DNA of 64,000 nucleotides from Candidatus Latescibacterota bacterium. GTDB taxonomy: Bacteria; Latescibacterota; UBA2968; UBA8231. The notes under the pieces are model-generated. The model did no database searches. It was given only the letters and a program-made list of their open reading frames with translations, and was not told the DNA's origin. Location of the stretch: contig CBDCXV010000001.1 of the NCBI GenBank assembly GCA_965223905.1, forward strand, positions 928,001-992,000. The letters are read 5' to 3'. Made by a program: the position numbers and the translations under genes. Shown here in pieces: positions 10,620-21,089 of the stretch (positions are counted from its first letter, which is position 1; every line of letters starts with the position of its first letter).

Positions 10620-11062
10620 CCCAGATACCAATGCTCGCTACGCATGGAGCGGCATATTTAAGATGAAAGGCGGGACGGTGAATTTGGAGCACACCGAAAT
10701 CCTGGACACTCCTCCTCCCATCGGCCGCCCGCTTCTCGTTCAAACACAAGCTGGAGATGGTCAGGTCGTTTTGACCTGGGACGACCCGTACCCCGACGAC
10801 TACAGCATTTCCGGGTGGGAGTACCAGGTCAACAGCGGGGGGCCCGATGACTGGGGCTCCTGGACCGAATTTCCCCGCAGCACCCGCCTCACCCGGGAAG
10901 GCACTGTTCCCAACCTGGAGCATGAGACACAGCACAAATTCCGGGTTCGCTCCACCAACTCCACCGGAACCGGCCCTGGTACTATCCCCGTAAAAGTCTC
11001 CCTGATGACGGCTGAATTCAGCGCCCCAGGATATGAGGTGATCGAAGGGAAATCGGTGGGGG
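10620..11062 (+). pseudogene. Fibronectin type III domain fragment
   Basis: AGDGQVVLTWDDP...ISGWEYQ...[23 protein letters not shown]. Confidence 0.7.
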
Positions 11063-12122
11063 TCACGAAGAGGCCGAGGATGTTCGGGCGGCCGAACTCG
11101 TTGCCGAAGGCGGCGCCGCCGAGGGGGCCTTCGGTCATGATCTGCAGCGGCGTCGCCAGGCGCTCGGGGAACTCGGCGAAGCCGCGCTCCCAGGGCTGCG
11201 CGAATCCCGGGATGCGCAGGTGGGAGGTGAAAAAGGCGCAGAGGCCGGCCTGGGACCGGCCGCCGATCCCGGTCGCCCCCTCGTCGGTAGGCGAACGGGC
11301 CCTCCGGGTCGGGGCGGAACGAGGGCGTCCGCCAGCCGGCGATGACGCCGGCGTTGTCGGCGTAGGCCTTCACCGTCCCCTGCGGGCAGCGCGCGTGGGT
11401 GTTGCGGATCATGGCGAACAGGGTGCGCTCGCGCCGGGCGCCGTCGATGGTCCAGTCGGCGTTGAAGATCTTGTGGCGGCAGTGCTCGGAGTTGACGTTG
11501 GCGAACATCACCAGCTCGACGTCGGTGGGGTCGCGCCGGAGGCCTGCGAAGGCGTCGAACAGGTAGTCGACCTCGTCATCGGACAGGGCGAGCCCCATCT
11601 CCCCGTTGGCCCGCTCCAGGGCCGCGGCCCCCTCGGCGAGGGACACCCGCTGCAGCGGCCGCGGAGCGACCTCGGAGAAGAGGGAGGCGTCTTCATGCAG
11701 CACCGCCTCGGTCATGCGGTCGTGCAGCAGGGGCAGCAGGGCGGCGGGGGAGAAAGGGCCGTCGGCGAGGATCCGGTACTCGGTGCCGCGCTCGATGCGG
11801 GCCGCCGAGGTCAGGCCGCAGTTGCGCAGGATGTCGGTCGCCTTGGTCGACCATGGGGAGATGGTTCCGGGGCGCGGAGCGATGCGGATGCAGGTGTCTG
11901 CGGAGGCGCTGAGAAGCCCGGCCCCGGGAGGGTCCCCGGCGGCGGTGTTGCCAAGGACCAGGGCCTCCAGGCGGCGGCGGTCGCCTCCGTCCCAGTTCAC
12001 CAGGTAGAAATGCCGCGCCTCCAGCCCCCGGACCGCGGGCTCGGCATGCCGGCAGCGCTGCAGCAGCGCCTCCCGGCGGAAATCGGACAGGGCGGTGGGG
12101 CCGGGAGCCGCAGTATGTTCAT
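11061..12122 (-). pseudogene. purL: FGAM synthase (large PurL) N-terminal fragment
   Basis: [59 protein letters not shown]; frameshift near start, internal deletion near 11287, truncated near 11061. Confidence 0.9.
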
Positions 12123-12526
12123 GAGCCGTAGTGGATTACGGGTGTTCTGGAGGCCGGGGCGTCGGGGAGTGTTGGAAATCTACCGGCGTAGCCGGGGGGC
12201 TTCAAGGAAGCCGGCATGAAAACGGCCGTTGCGGTGAATCAGCCCGATTAATGGGGCGGGGCTGAAGAAGTGGCTGCGGCTCCATCCAAGAGGGGTTTAG
12301 GTCGACCCGTCAGGAAAAATGGAGCGTGCTTTGCGGACGGGCACCGGAGCCTGTTTATCACGATCTTGCCAACCGAGGAATGAGCGTTGAGATGGGCACG
12401 GAGTGGATGCCGGAACGGAGTGTTTATTTGCCTGCGTATGTTCAGAAGTCGGCAAGGGGCCTGGACGACTTCATTCTTGTTCAATCGCTGGCGTGATCAC
12501 AGGCTTGAACGATCCCAGGAGTCGGA

Positions 12527-13669
12527 ATGGAGTGGTTGAGCAAAAACGTCTGGCAGGTGGCCGCCTTGTTAGTGGCCGTCGTGTCCCTGTGCGTGGCCTA
12601 CTGGCGGGCCCGCACTGCGCGTCTGGATAATCTGCAGACGCGGTTTCAGAAGGGGGCGGAGATGTTTGGCGGGACTGACACTGCCACCTTCCTCGGCGGC
12701 CTGTATGAGCTTCAGCAGTTGGCGAAGCGGTACCCGAAGGAGTACCACGTCGTCGTCATGAAGGTGCTTACCGGATACGTACGAGAAAAAATGCGCGCTA
12801 GCGATGTTGCGGAGGGAGACGGTCTGCCCGACATACGGGATCCGCTTCGAGAGCGTGCGGAGGAAGTGCTGAGGGTGATTGGTGGCCGGTCGGGCCGCGG
12901 CATAAAGGAGGAGCGTGACTCCGGGTACCGGGTTGACCTCACGGAAGTGGACGCGAGGGGGATGCAGCTTCCGGACTGTGACTTCTCGGACATCAACGGT
13001 AGTGGGTCCCTCTTCTCGCAGGCGAACTTGGAGCGTTCTGTGTTTCGGTCCGCACAGCTCAGGGGTACGAAGTTCAACGGGGCTCGGCTCCGGTCGGCGA
13101 ATCTGTCGCAGGCTGATCTGGAGTTTGCGTACATGGCGGGTGCCGATCTGACGTTCGGATCTCTCGCCGGATCGCGGATGCGTTGGGCGGACATTCCGGG
13201 ATCCCTCTACATGTGTGACCTATCCGATGCTCGGATGTTCGAGGTTCGGGGTCTGCAGCAGAAGACGCTAGACTCGGCGGACAGGTTGATCCGTACCCCA
13301 CCGTCAATCGTCGCTTGCCTGGATGCGGAGTCAGGAGACGAACTGAAGTGGAAGGGGGGAGACCCGGGCCCGCTGCCAAAGGTGGCGGAAGTGTTCGGAG
13401 GGCGGAGGGCGACGCCGGTTTCTGAGCGTGCGTTGGCGAGAGTGCTGCCGCGGCGCGCGCCGATGGAAGAAGTCGTCGCGTCGCAGAAGATTGACGAGGG
13501 GCTGCGTTTCTATGTCGAACGGATCGGGCGCCACGGCCATGGGGGGAAGTATGTGGTGTACCGATGGGAGATGGGCTGCGGATCTTCGAGTCACACGAAG
13601 TTGTACGAGGGGGATCGCGAGGAACCGGCGCTGGATGCGCTGAAAAAACATGTGGAGGAGCACCGATGA
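12527..13669 (+). CDS. Membrane-anchored pentapeptide-repeat protein
   Basis: N-terminal TM helix; ANLER/AQLRG/ARLRS/ANLSQ/ADLEF repeats. Confidence 0.85.
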   Translation: MEWLSKNVWQVAALLVAVVSLCVAYWRARTARLDNLQTRFQKGAEMFGGTDTATFLGGLYELQQLAKRYPKEYHVVVMKVLTGYVREKMRASDVAEGDGLPDIRDPLRERAEEVLRVIGGRSGRGIKEERDSGYRVDLTEVDARGMQLPDCDFSDINGSGSLFSQANLERSVFRSAQLRGTKFNGARLRSANLSQADLEFAYMAGADLTFGSLAGSRMRWADIPGSLYMCDLSDARMFEVRGLQQKTLDSADRLIRTPPSIVACLDAESGDELKWKGGDPGPLPKVAEVFGGRRATPVSERALARVLPRRAPMEEVVASQKIDEGLRFYVERIGRHGHGGKYVVYRWEMGCGSSSHTKLYEGDREEPALDALKKHVEEHR

Positions 13670-13811
13670 GGCCCCCCGATGAACATAGCCCAATGGCTCG
13701 GTTCGGTGGTCCTGCCCCTCGGGTCCGAGAATAAGGAAGCCGTATTCCGGCCTGATTCCAGTCGCTCCCACGCTGGGCCCACTTCCGCCACTTGACGAAC
13801 TCTCAGCTTAC

Positions 13812-13855
13812 CAACACATTCGTTGCCAACGCAACTGTTGCCAACGAATGTGTTG
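13812..13855. promoter_or_regulatory. Three tandem CAAC-N6-GTTG palindromic boxes (putative operator)
   Basis: Boxes at 13812, 13827 and 13842; outer two are exact reverse complements; ends 15 bp before ATG 13871. Confidence 0.6.
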
Positions 13856-13870
13856 TCAAAAGGCGTGCCT

Positions 13871-15121
13871 ATGGTACTCACGAAAGCCGGAGCCAACTGG
13901 GTCGAGGGGGATCGGTTCTTCAACCGGGAGGTGGAGCTTGAGGCCCTTGCGGAGCGGGTCGGGGACGGCACTCATACCCTGCTGACCGCCCAGCGGCGCA
14001 TGGGCAAAACGAGCCTGGTCCGGGAGCTGCTGCGCCGGCTGCAGGAAGAGGGGCGCTTTCAGACGGTCTTCGTCGACTTGGAGGACGCCGCAGCCCCGGC
14101 GGACGCCATCGCTGAGATAGGGGCTCGGTCCCGGCCCGTCCGGGGCGTTTGGCAGCGGATAAAGTCGGGATTCGCCAGCACCCTGAGAGAGGTCGGTGAT
14201 CGAGTCGATTCGGTGTCCATCGCCGAGGTACAGGTCAAGCTCCGGGCGGGGATCGACGCCGGGAACTGGCGGCAGAAAGGGGACGAGGTCTTGGCCGCCC
14301 TGGCTGAAAGCGACCTGCCCGTGGTGCTCGCAATCGACGAGCTGCCGATTCTCGTCAACCGGCTGCTCAAAGGGGAAGACCACCGCATCACCCCGGAGCG
14401 GCGGCGGGCGGCGGACGAGTTCATGGCTTGGCTCCGCAAGAACGGCCAGGTCCATCGAGGCCGCGTCTGCCTGATCCTCGCCGGCAGCGTGAGCCTGGAG
14501 CCGATCCTGGCACAGGCCGGGCTCAGCGCCCACGCGAACATCTACTCAACCTTCGATCTGAAGCCTTGGGACGACCAGGCAGCAGCAGGCTGCCTTGCGG
14601 CTCTGGCGCAGACCTACGGCCTCGACCTTCCCCTTGACGTTCGGCGGGAGATGTGCCGGCGGCTGCGATGCCAGATCCCCCACCACGTGCAGCAGTTCTT
14701 CGACCACCTCCATGAGCATCTGCGCCGTGCCGGCCGGCGCGAAGCCACGATGGAAGATGTGGAGCGCGTGTACTCCTCCGAGATGCTCGGCGTCCGCGGA
14801 CAGATGGATATGGAGCACTACGAGGGCCGGCTGAAGATGGTGCTCGGGAGGGAGGGCTACCGGACGGCGCTCGAGATCCTGACCGAGGCGTCGGTGAGTG
14901 AAGGTGGGTTGCGGGCCGATGCCGTCGCCCGATATCGCGAGCTGGAGGAGCGGGAGGAAGCCGGCGGTGATCCGGTGGCGGTCCAGGACGTGCTTCTACT
15001 GCTCGAACACGATGGGTACCTGGAGCGGCACGGCAGCGGCTACCGATTCGTTTCCGGGCTCCTCGAAGACTGGTGGCGCGCACGGCACGGCGGATACTTC
15101 ACCCCGATCGAACGGCGATGA
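13871..15121 (+). CDS. STAND/AAA-like P-loop ATPase
   Basis: FFNRE, Walker A AQRRMGKTS, Walker B VVLAIDE, LAGS sensor, C-terminal helical/wHTH-like region. Confidence 0.85.
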   Translation: MVLTKAGANWVEGDRFFNREVELEALAERVGDGTHTLLTAQRRMGKTSLVRELLRRLQEEGRFQTVFVDLEDAAAPADAIAEIGARSRPVRGVWQRIKSGFASTLREVGDRVDSVSIAEVQVKLRAGIDAGNWRQKGDEVLAALAESDLPVVLAIDELPILVNRLLKGEDHRITPERRRAADEFMAWLRKNGQVHRGRVCLILAGSVSLEPILAQAGLSAHANIYSTFDLKPWDDQAAAGCLAALAQTYGLDLPLDVRREMCRRLRCQIPHHVQQFFDHLHEHLRRAGRREATMEDVERVYSSEMLGVRGQMDMEHYEGRLKMVLGREGYRTALEILTEASVSEGGLRADAVARYRELEEREEAGGDPVAVQDVLLLLEHDGYLERHGSGYRFVSGLLEDWWRARHGGYFTPIERR

Positions 15122-17938
15122 CGGTAACCGCTCGGAAATTTAACCCGGGGTTCCTCACCGACGAGGAGCTGACTGCCTCGTTTTGCGTGCGCAAGGCGGA
15201 GTTCGACTCCATGGTCGAGATGCTGCGCGGATGCACAGGTACCTCGAATCCGCATCAGATCGTGATCGGCCCCCGTGGAAGCGGCAAGACCATCCTGCTC
15301 CTGCGCGTGGCGGCAGAGGTTCGCCGGGACCCGGAGCTGTCGCGCCGCTTCTTTCCCGTTGTCTTCGCCGAGGAGAGCTACGAGGTCGCAAGTGAGGGGG
15401 GGGTTCTGGCTCGAAGCTCTCTCCCGGCTGGCGGACCAGTCGCCACCCCGGGACGACGCTCCGGACCTGCGGCTCACCTTCCGGGACCTGCGCGCCATTC
15501 AGGACGACCAGACCCTCGGCGAACGCTGCCTCGGCGCGCTTCTCGACTTCTCCGACCGCGAGGACAAACGGCTGGTGCTGATGGTCGAGAACTTGAACAT
15601 GATCTTCCGTGACATGGCGGACCGCGAAGCCGGCTGGCGGCTGCGCAAGATCCTGCAGACGGAGCCGCGCATCATCCTGCTCGCCAGCGCCACCAGCCGC
15701 TTCGCCGAAATCGACCACCCGGACCACGCCCTCTACGACCTGTTCCGGGTCAGCACCCTTCAGCCGCTCGATACCGAGGAGTGTGCAAGGCTGTGGGAAA
15801 CGGTCTCTGGACAGCGCCCCCCTCGCCAGACAATCCGGCCAATGGAGATTCTCACCGGCGGCAATCCCCGCCTCGTCGCCATCGTGGCAGGCTTCGCCGC
15901 GGGGCGCTCCTTCCGCGAGCTGATGGACGATCTCCTCGACCTCGTGGACGAGCATACGGAGTACTTCAAGAGCCACATTGAAGCCCTCCCCGCCCAGGAG
16001 CGGCGGGTCTACCTGGCGCTGGCCGACTTGTGGAAGCCGGCGACCACGAGGGAAATCGCGGAGCGCTCCCGGATCGAGACGAGCAAGTGCAGCGCCCAGC
16101 TTGCCCGCCTGACCGAACGGGGAGTTGTCCAGGTGTCAGGCGGCACCCTCCGGCGCAAGCAATATTACCTGACCGAGCGGCTGTACAACATCTACTACCT
16201 GCTGCGTCGCAACGGCGGACCGGACTCCCTGATCCAGGCCCTCATCCAGTTCATGGAGGTGTTCTACTCCCACTCCGAGTTGAGGGCTATCGGCGTAAGG
16301 ATGGCCCTGGAGGCGCGCAGCTTGGACGGGGAGTTGCGATCGTTGCACCGGACTGCGGTTGAACAGCTGACGCAGCTGCCAGTGATGGCCGGGCATCGAG
16401 AAGAGCTGCTTGCGCTCCTTCCCAAGGAGGATTCCGAAGAGCTGGCGGCTGCCAAGGCGCACTTGCTGAGAGCGGTCGAGTTGCAGGAGGAAGACCCGGA
16501 GGAGTCGCTGGCCACCTGGGACGAGGTGGTGCGGCGGTTCGGGGAGAGTCGGTCACCCGAGGTCTGCCAACTGGTCGCCATGGCCCTCTTCTGCAAAGCG
16601 GAGGCTCTCGGTGAGCTGAACCGACCGGAGGAAGCACTGGCCGCCTATGAGGAAGCGGGCCGGCGATTCGGCGAGGACGATACCGAGGTTCATGTCGAGA
16701 TGGTCGCCAGCGCCCTTTTCAGCAAGGGGGTCACACTCGCCGAGCTCGACCGGACGGAGGAATCGCTGGCTGTCTTCGATGAGGCGGTGCGGCGATTCGA
16801 GAAGAGCGAGGAAACGGCCCTTCTCGAGATGGTAGCCAGAGCCCTTTTCAACAAGGGGTTCGTACTCGGCCGCTTGAACCGAGCGGATGAAGAACTGGCT
16901 GCTTACCAAGAGGTCGTGCATCGATTCGGCGAGTGTCGGTCACCAGAGGTTCTTGAACCGGTCGCCGCATCCCTCTTCTGCAAGGGCGCCGCCCTCGTCG
17001 CCCTGAACCGACAGGAGGAGGCGCTGGCCGCCTATGACGAGGTGGGGCGCCGACTCGGAGAGAGCGATACGGAGTTGCATCTTGCGTTGCTCGCCAGGGC
17101 CATCGTCAACAAGGGGGTCGTCCTCGGCGAGCTGAACCGAACCCAGGAATCGCTCGCGGTCTTCGATGAGGCGGTGCGGCGATTCGAGGAGAGCGAAACA
17201 CCGGATCACCTCGAGATCGTTGCCAAGGCTCTTGTCAACAAGGGCGCTGTGCTCGGCGAGCTGGACCGAATAGAAGAAGAACTGCTGGCCTACGAGGAGG
17301 TTTTGCGGCGATTCGGGGAGAGCGAGACACCGGTCCTTTTGGAACTGGTCGCTATAGCCCGCACCTACAGGGGGATGACACTCGGGAATTTGGGCAGGTC
17401 TGAGGAAGGCCTGGCGGCTCTTGAGGATGTCGTGCAGCGATTACTGGACAGCGATTCTCCCGCGCTCCGGGCACGGGCAGAGGACGCCCTCGTCGAAAAA
17501 GCCGAACTCGAGCTGGAGTGCCGGCACTACGAGGCAGCCGCAAGTACCGTTAGCCTTGTACTCGATGAAAACAACACGCAATCACAGGAGAACCGGTCGC
17601 GTGGTCACCTGATACGGGCGCAAGCGAGCCTGCGCAGCGGCAACCCCGAGAGGTGTGCGAAAGACATCCAGACGATCCTCGAGATTCTACCGGATCGCGA
17701 TTCGCTGCCGGAAATCCACTACGAATTGATGCAGTTCAGCATCGACCTGGGGGCGGAGGCCATGATCGAGATTATCCAGGCATCTCCATCCGCGAAGCTG
17801 TTGCTGCCGCTCACCACGGCCCTCGAACAGGAACTGGGCCGCAAGCCGCGTGTGCCCCAGGAGGTCGAGGAGGTCGCCGGGGATGTCCGGAAGGACTTGG
17901 CTTGGTTGAGGGGATTGCGATCCGCTGGCACCGAGTAG
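15118..17938 (+). CDS. STAND-like ATPase-wHTH-TPR protein, frameshifted at G8 tract 15396-15403
   Basis: ATGA overlap with upstream gene; GPRGSGKT, LVLMVEN, TGGNPR, HTH-like TTREIAERSR, seven full 43-aa TPR-like repeats. Confidence 0.85.
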
Positions 17939-18771
17939 AGGACGGCATGCAGGAAAAACAGGGAGCTACTCTTTGAAATCGCTGAAGACGCTTTGTTTGT
18001 TAGAAGCGGACCCCATTCTTTTGACAGCCGGACAGTAGAGGTAAGGTGGATGAAGAGCCTTCTGATGAAAAAGTCCCGGTTATTCAACTTCTCCCTCTTG
18101 TTCGCCTCGGCCCTGTTCGTGTCCAACAGCCTTGCCCAGGACTATACGCGCTGGGGGTTGCCCGAGGGGGCCGTCGCACGCCTTGGTAGAGGTTCTATAT
18201 CTGAAGTGGCGTATTCCCCCGATGGCGCTCGGCTCGCGGTAGCCAGCAGCATCGGCATCTGGATCTACAACGCGCCCCTCGGAACCGAAGTTGCCCTGCT
18301 CACGGGACATAGAGGCAGAGTTCTTACCGTGTCCTTCTCTCCGGATGGCACCATGCTTGCCAGTGGAGGTAAGGATGGGGCGATACGGTTGTGGGAAATG
18401 GGCGACTGGCAGTCTCGGGCAACCCTGGAGTGGCATGGGGGTTGGGTCCATTCCGTAGCTTTTTCACCGGACGGCACCACCCTGGCCAGTGGACATGGGG
18501 ATGGCACGGTTCGGCTGTGGGATGTGGAAACCGGCGGCTGCAAGGTCACTTTGGAGGCGAATACGTATGGGGTCTCTTCCGTGGCGTTTTCGCCGAATGG
18601 CCGAACCCTGGCCACTGGGGATGAAGCTAACGAATACAACCCCTCCAAGGTTCGGCTCTGGGACGTAGACACCGGCCAGCTCCTGGCCGCTCTGGCAGGG
18701 CATGGGACGAGGATCTCTTCCGTAGCGTTTTCGCCCGATGGCAAAACGCTGGCCAGTGGAGGTTATGACGG

Positions 18772-19626
18772 GAACCTATCTCAAAATTGAAATTGTTTAA
18801 GTAAAATCAAAATGGATGCAAGTTGGACGAAGCCAAGGAAATTCTCCGGATACAATTCCCAGCGAGTGATCACTCGACGCTGCCATTGAAGCCAAGCAAA
18901 GAATCTCTCAACCATCCAACGCCGCACATAACGCCGCAATCGCCGTCCATCCTGAGTCTTTTTCTTGGTCCGATTCTGGCGATGCGGGGCGATCATCTCG
19001 ATCCCGTCTTTCTTAAGTTCTTCATCCAACGAATCGCTGTCGTACGCTTTGTCACCGATCAAGTTGTCAGGTTTGTCTTCGATCAGGTAAAAGTCAAAGG
19101 TCAACTGAACCAGCGTCACTTCATGATGGTTCGCTGCATGCGTGCTCACCGACAAGGGAAGCCCATTGCCGTCCACGATCCCCATGACCCGCACCCCCTT
19201 ACCTCGCTTGCTGTGGCCGACATCGGCACCTCCACCCTTGGCCGCCGAGAACATGCCGTCGATGAAAGCTTCCGATTCGTCCAGGTCCCCTTGCTCGTGA
19301 AGGGTATTGGCCAAGTCCATGAGAACATCGCGCAGCACCTCGTTGCGACACCAATTTTGAAAGCGACGATGCACCGTTTTGTAGTTCGGATAGCCCTGCG
19401 GCAGCATGTGCCATTGGGCACCGGTATTGAGAATCCAAAGGACGGCTTCAAGAACCTCACGTGTGGCAACTGGTTTGCGGCCCGGATGGCTTTTGGGACG
19501 ATGTTCTTCAGGAAAGTGATGACGGATTCGCTCCCATTGCTTGTCGGTCAAAGTAACCATATAAATAATGATACATTATCATCAATCAGAACTCAAGATT
19601 AAATTTTGTGATTTTGAGATAGGTTC
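18772..19626 (-). mobile_element. IS5-family insertion sequence
   Basis: Perfect 16-bp IR GAACCTATCTCAAAAT; 2-bp GG duplication. Confidence 0.93.
18781..19560 (-). CDS. IS5-family transposase
   Basis: LTDKQW, WILNTGAQW..LP, TVHRRFQNW, IGDKAYDS, RWMVERFFAWL. Confidence 0.95.
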   Translation of the reverse strand: MVTLTDKQWERIRHHFPEEHRPKSHPGRKPVATREVLEAVLWILNTGAQWHMLPQGYPNYKTVHRRFQNWCRNEVLRDVLMDLANTLHEQGDLDESEAFIDGMFSAAKGGGADVGHSKRGKGVRVMGIVDGNGLPLSVSTHAANHHEVTLVQLTFDFYLIEDKPDNLIGDKAYDSDSLDEELKKDGIEMIAPHRQNRTKKKTQDGRRLRRYVRRWMVERFFAWLQWQRRVITRWELYPENFLGFVQLASILILLKQFQF

Positions 19627-21089
19627 GGGACAGTCCGCTTGTGGGCTGGGGCCACCGGCAAACTACTGACAGTTATAGAGAGTCACAGGAGTTGGGTGAC
19701 CTCCGTGACATTTTCTTCGGATGGAAAATTGCTGGCCAGTTCAGGTGGAGACTATAGGGATTCGAGTATATGGGGTGACTTCAATGTCCGGGTGTGGGAC
19801 GTCGATACCGGGCAACTCGTTTGGCACTCTAGGACGGGGCATAGGCGTTCTATCTCATCCGTAGCGTTCTGGCCGAATAGCCATATAGTGGCCAGTGCGA
19901 GTGACGATGGGACAATACGGCTGTGGGAAGGAGGCGACCAGAAGGCCATTCTTGAGAGACATTGGTACCGGATCTTGTCCGTGGCGTTTTCACCCGACGG
20001 CCAGACCCTGGCCAGCAGGGGGCTGAGTGAGAGAGTCTGGTTGTGGGATGTGGGCAGCGGCCAACAAAAGGCCATCCTCGCAGGATATACGGGCTCAAAT
20101 AATTGGGTCTCTTCCCTGGCGTTTTCACCGGACGGCCGCACCTTGGCCAGTGGGAGCGTGGGCACCAGAATCGTGTTGTGGGACGTGAACAGCGGCCAAC
20201 CTGCGGACACCCTTGCAGGTCACGATGGGGAGATCTCTTCGGTGGCGTTCTCCCCGGACGGGCACACCCTGGCCAGTGGGAGTTGGGACGGCTCGGCCCG
20301 GTTGTGGGACGCAGGCAGCGGTCAACAAAAGGCCGTCCTTAAGTATCGCAGGGGTGCTGACCGGGCTGGTTATGTCCAGGCCGTGGCGTTTTCACCGGAT
20401 GGGAAAACACTTGCCAGTGGGAGTCGGGGCAGTATGATCCGGTTGTGGGATGTGGGCAGCGGCGAACTCCTGGCCACCTGTACAGGGCGTATGGGTTGGG
20501 TCGAGTCCGTGGCGTTCTCGCCGGATGGTCTCACCTTGGCCAGTGGGAGTCAGGATGGGACGGTTCGGTTGTGGGACGTGGACAGCGGGCAACAAAAGGC
20601 CATTTTGGAGGGGCATACCACTTCTGTCAATTCCGTGGCGTTCTCACCGGACGGCTACACTCTGGCCAGTGGGGGGCGGGACGGGATGGTTCGGTTGTGG
20701 GACGTGGACAGCGAGCAACCCAAGGCCATTCTTGCAGGGTACAGGGAGGGGTATGTCCATTCCATGGCCTACTCCCCGGATGGGCACATCCTGGCCAGTG
20801 GGAGCCTTGATGGCACCATACTGCTGTGGGATATGTCGCCATACATCATGCCTCAATCCGCCACGGAAGTTGAAGTCTCCATCCTAGGCGCCGCGGTCGA
20901 GAACTTGACCGTCGAGTTTGCCCGCACCATTGCTGGTCACCGGCCCCACTATGCTTGGAGCGCCACCACCGACGCGACCGGCCAAGTGGCCCTGACCATA
21001 ACCAGCGCGGATCCCAACGGCGTCGGCGGACTCTACGAGGTCCGAGTTCGCAACGAGGCCGGCGAGGTGGTGGGCCAGTGGAACAGCAT

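Noticed and set aside
10381-12219. 612-aa (+) and 532-aa (-) ORFs as real genes
   Set aside because: Read-through across unrelated fragments and antisense to purL
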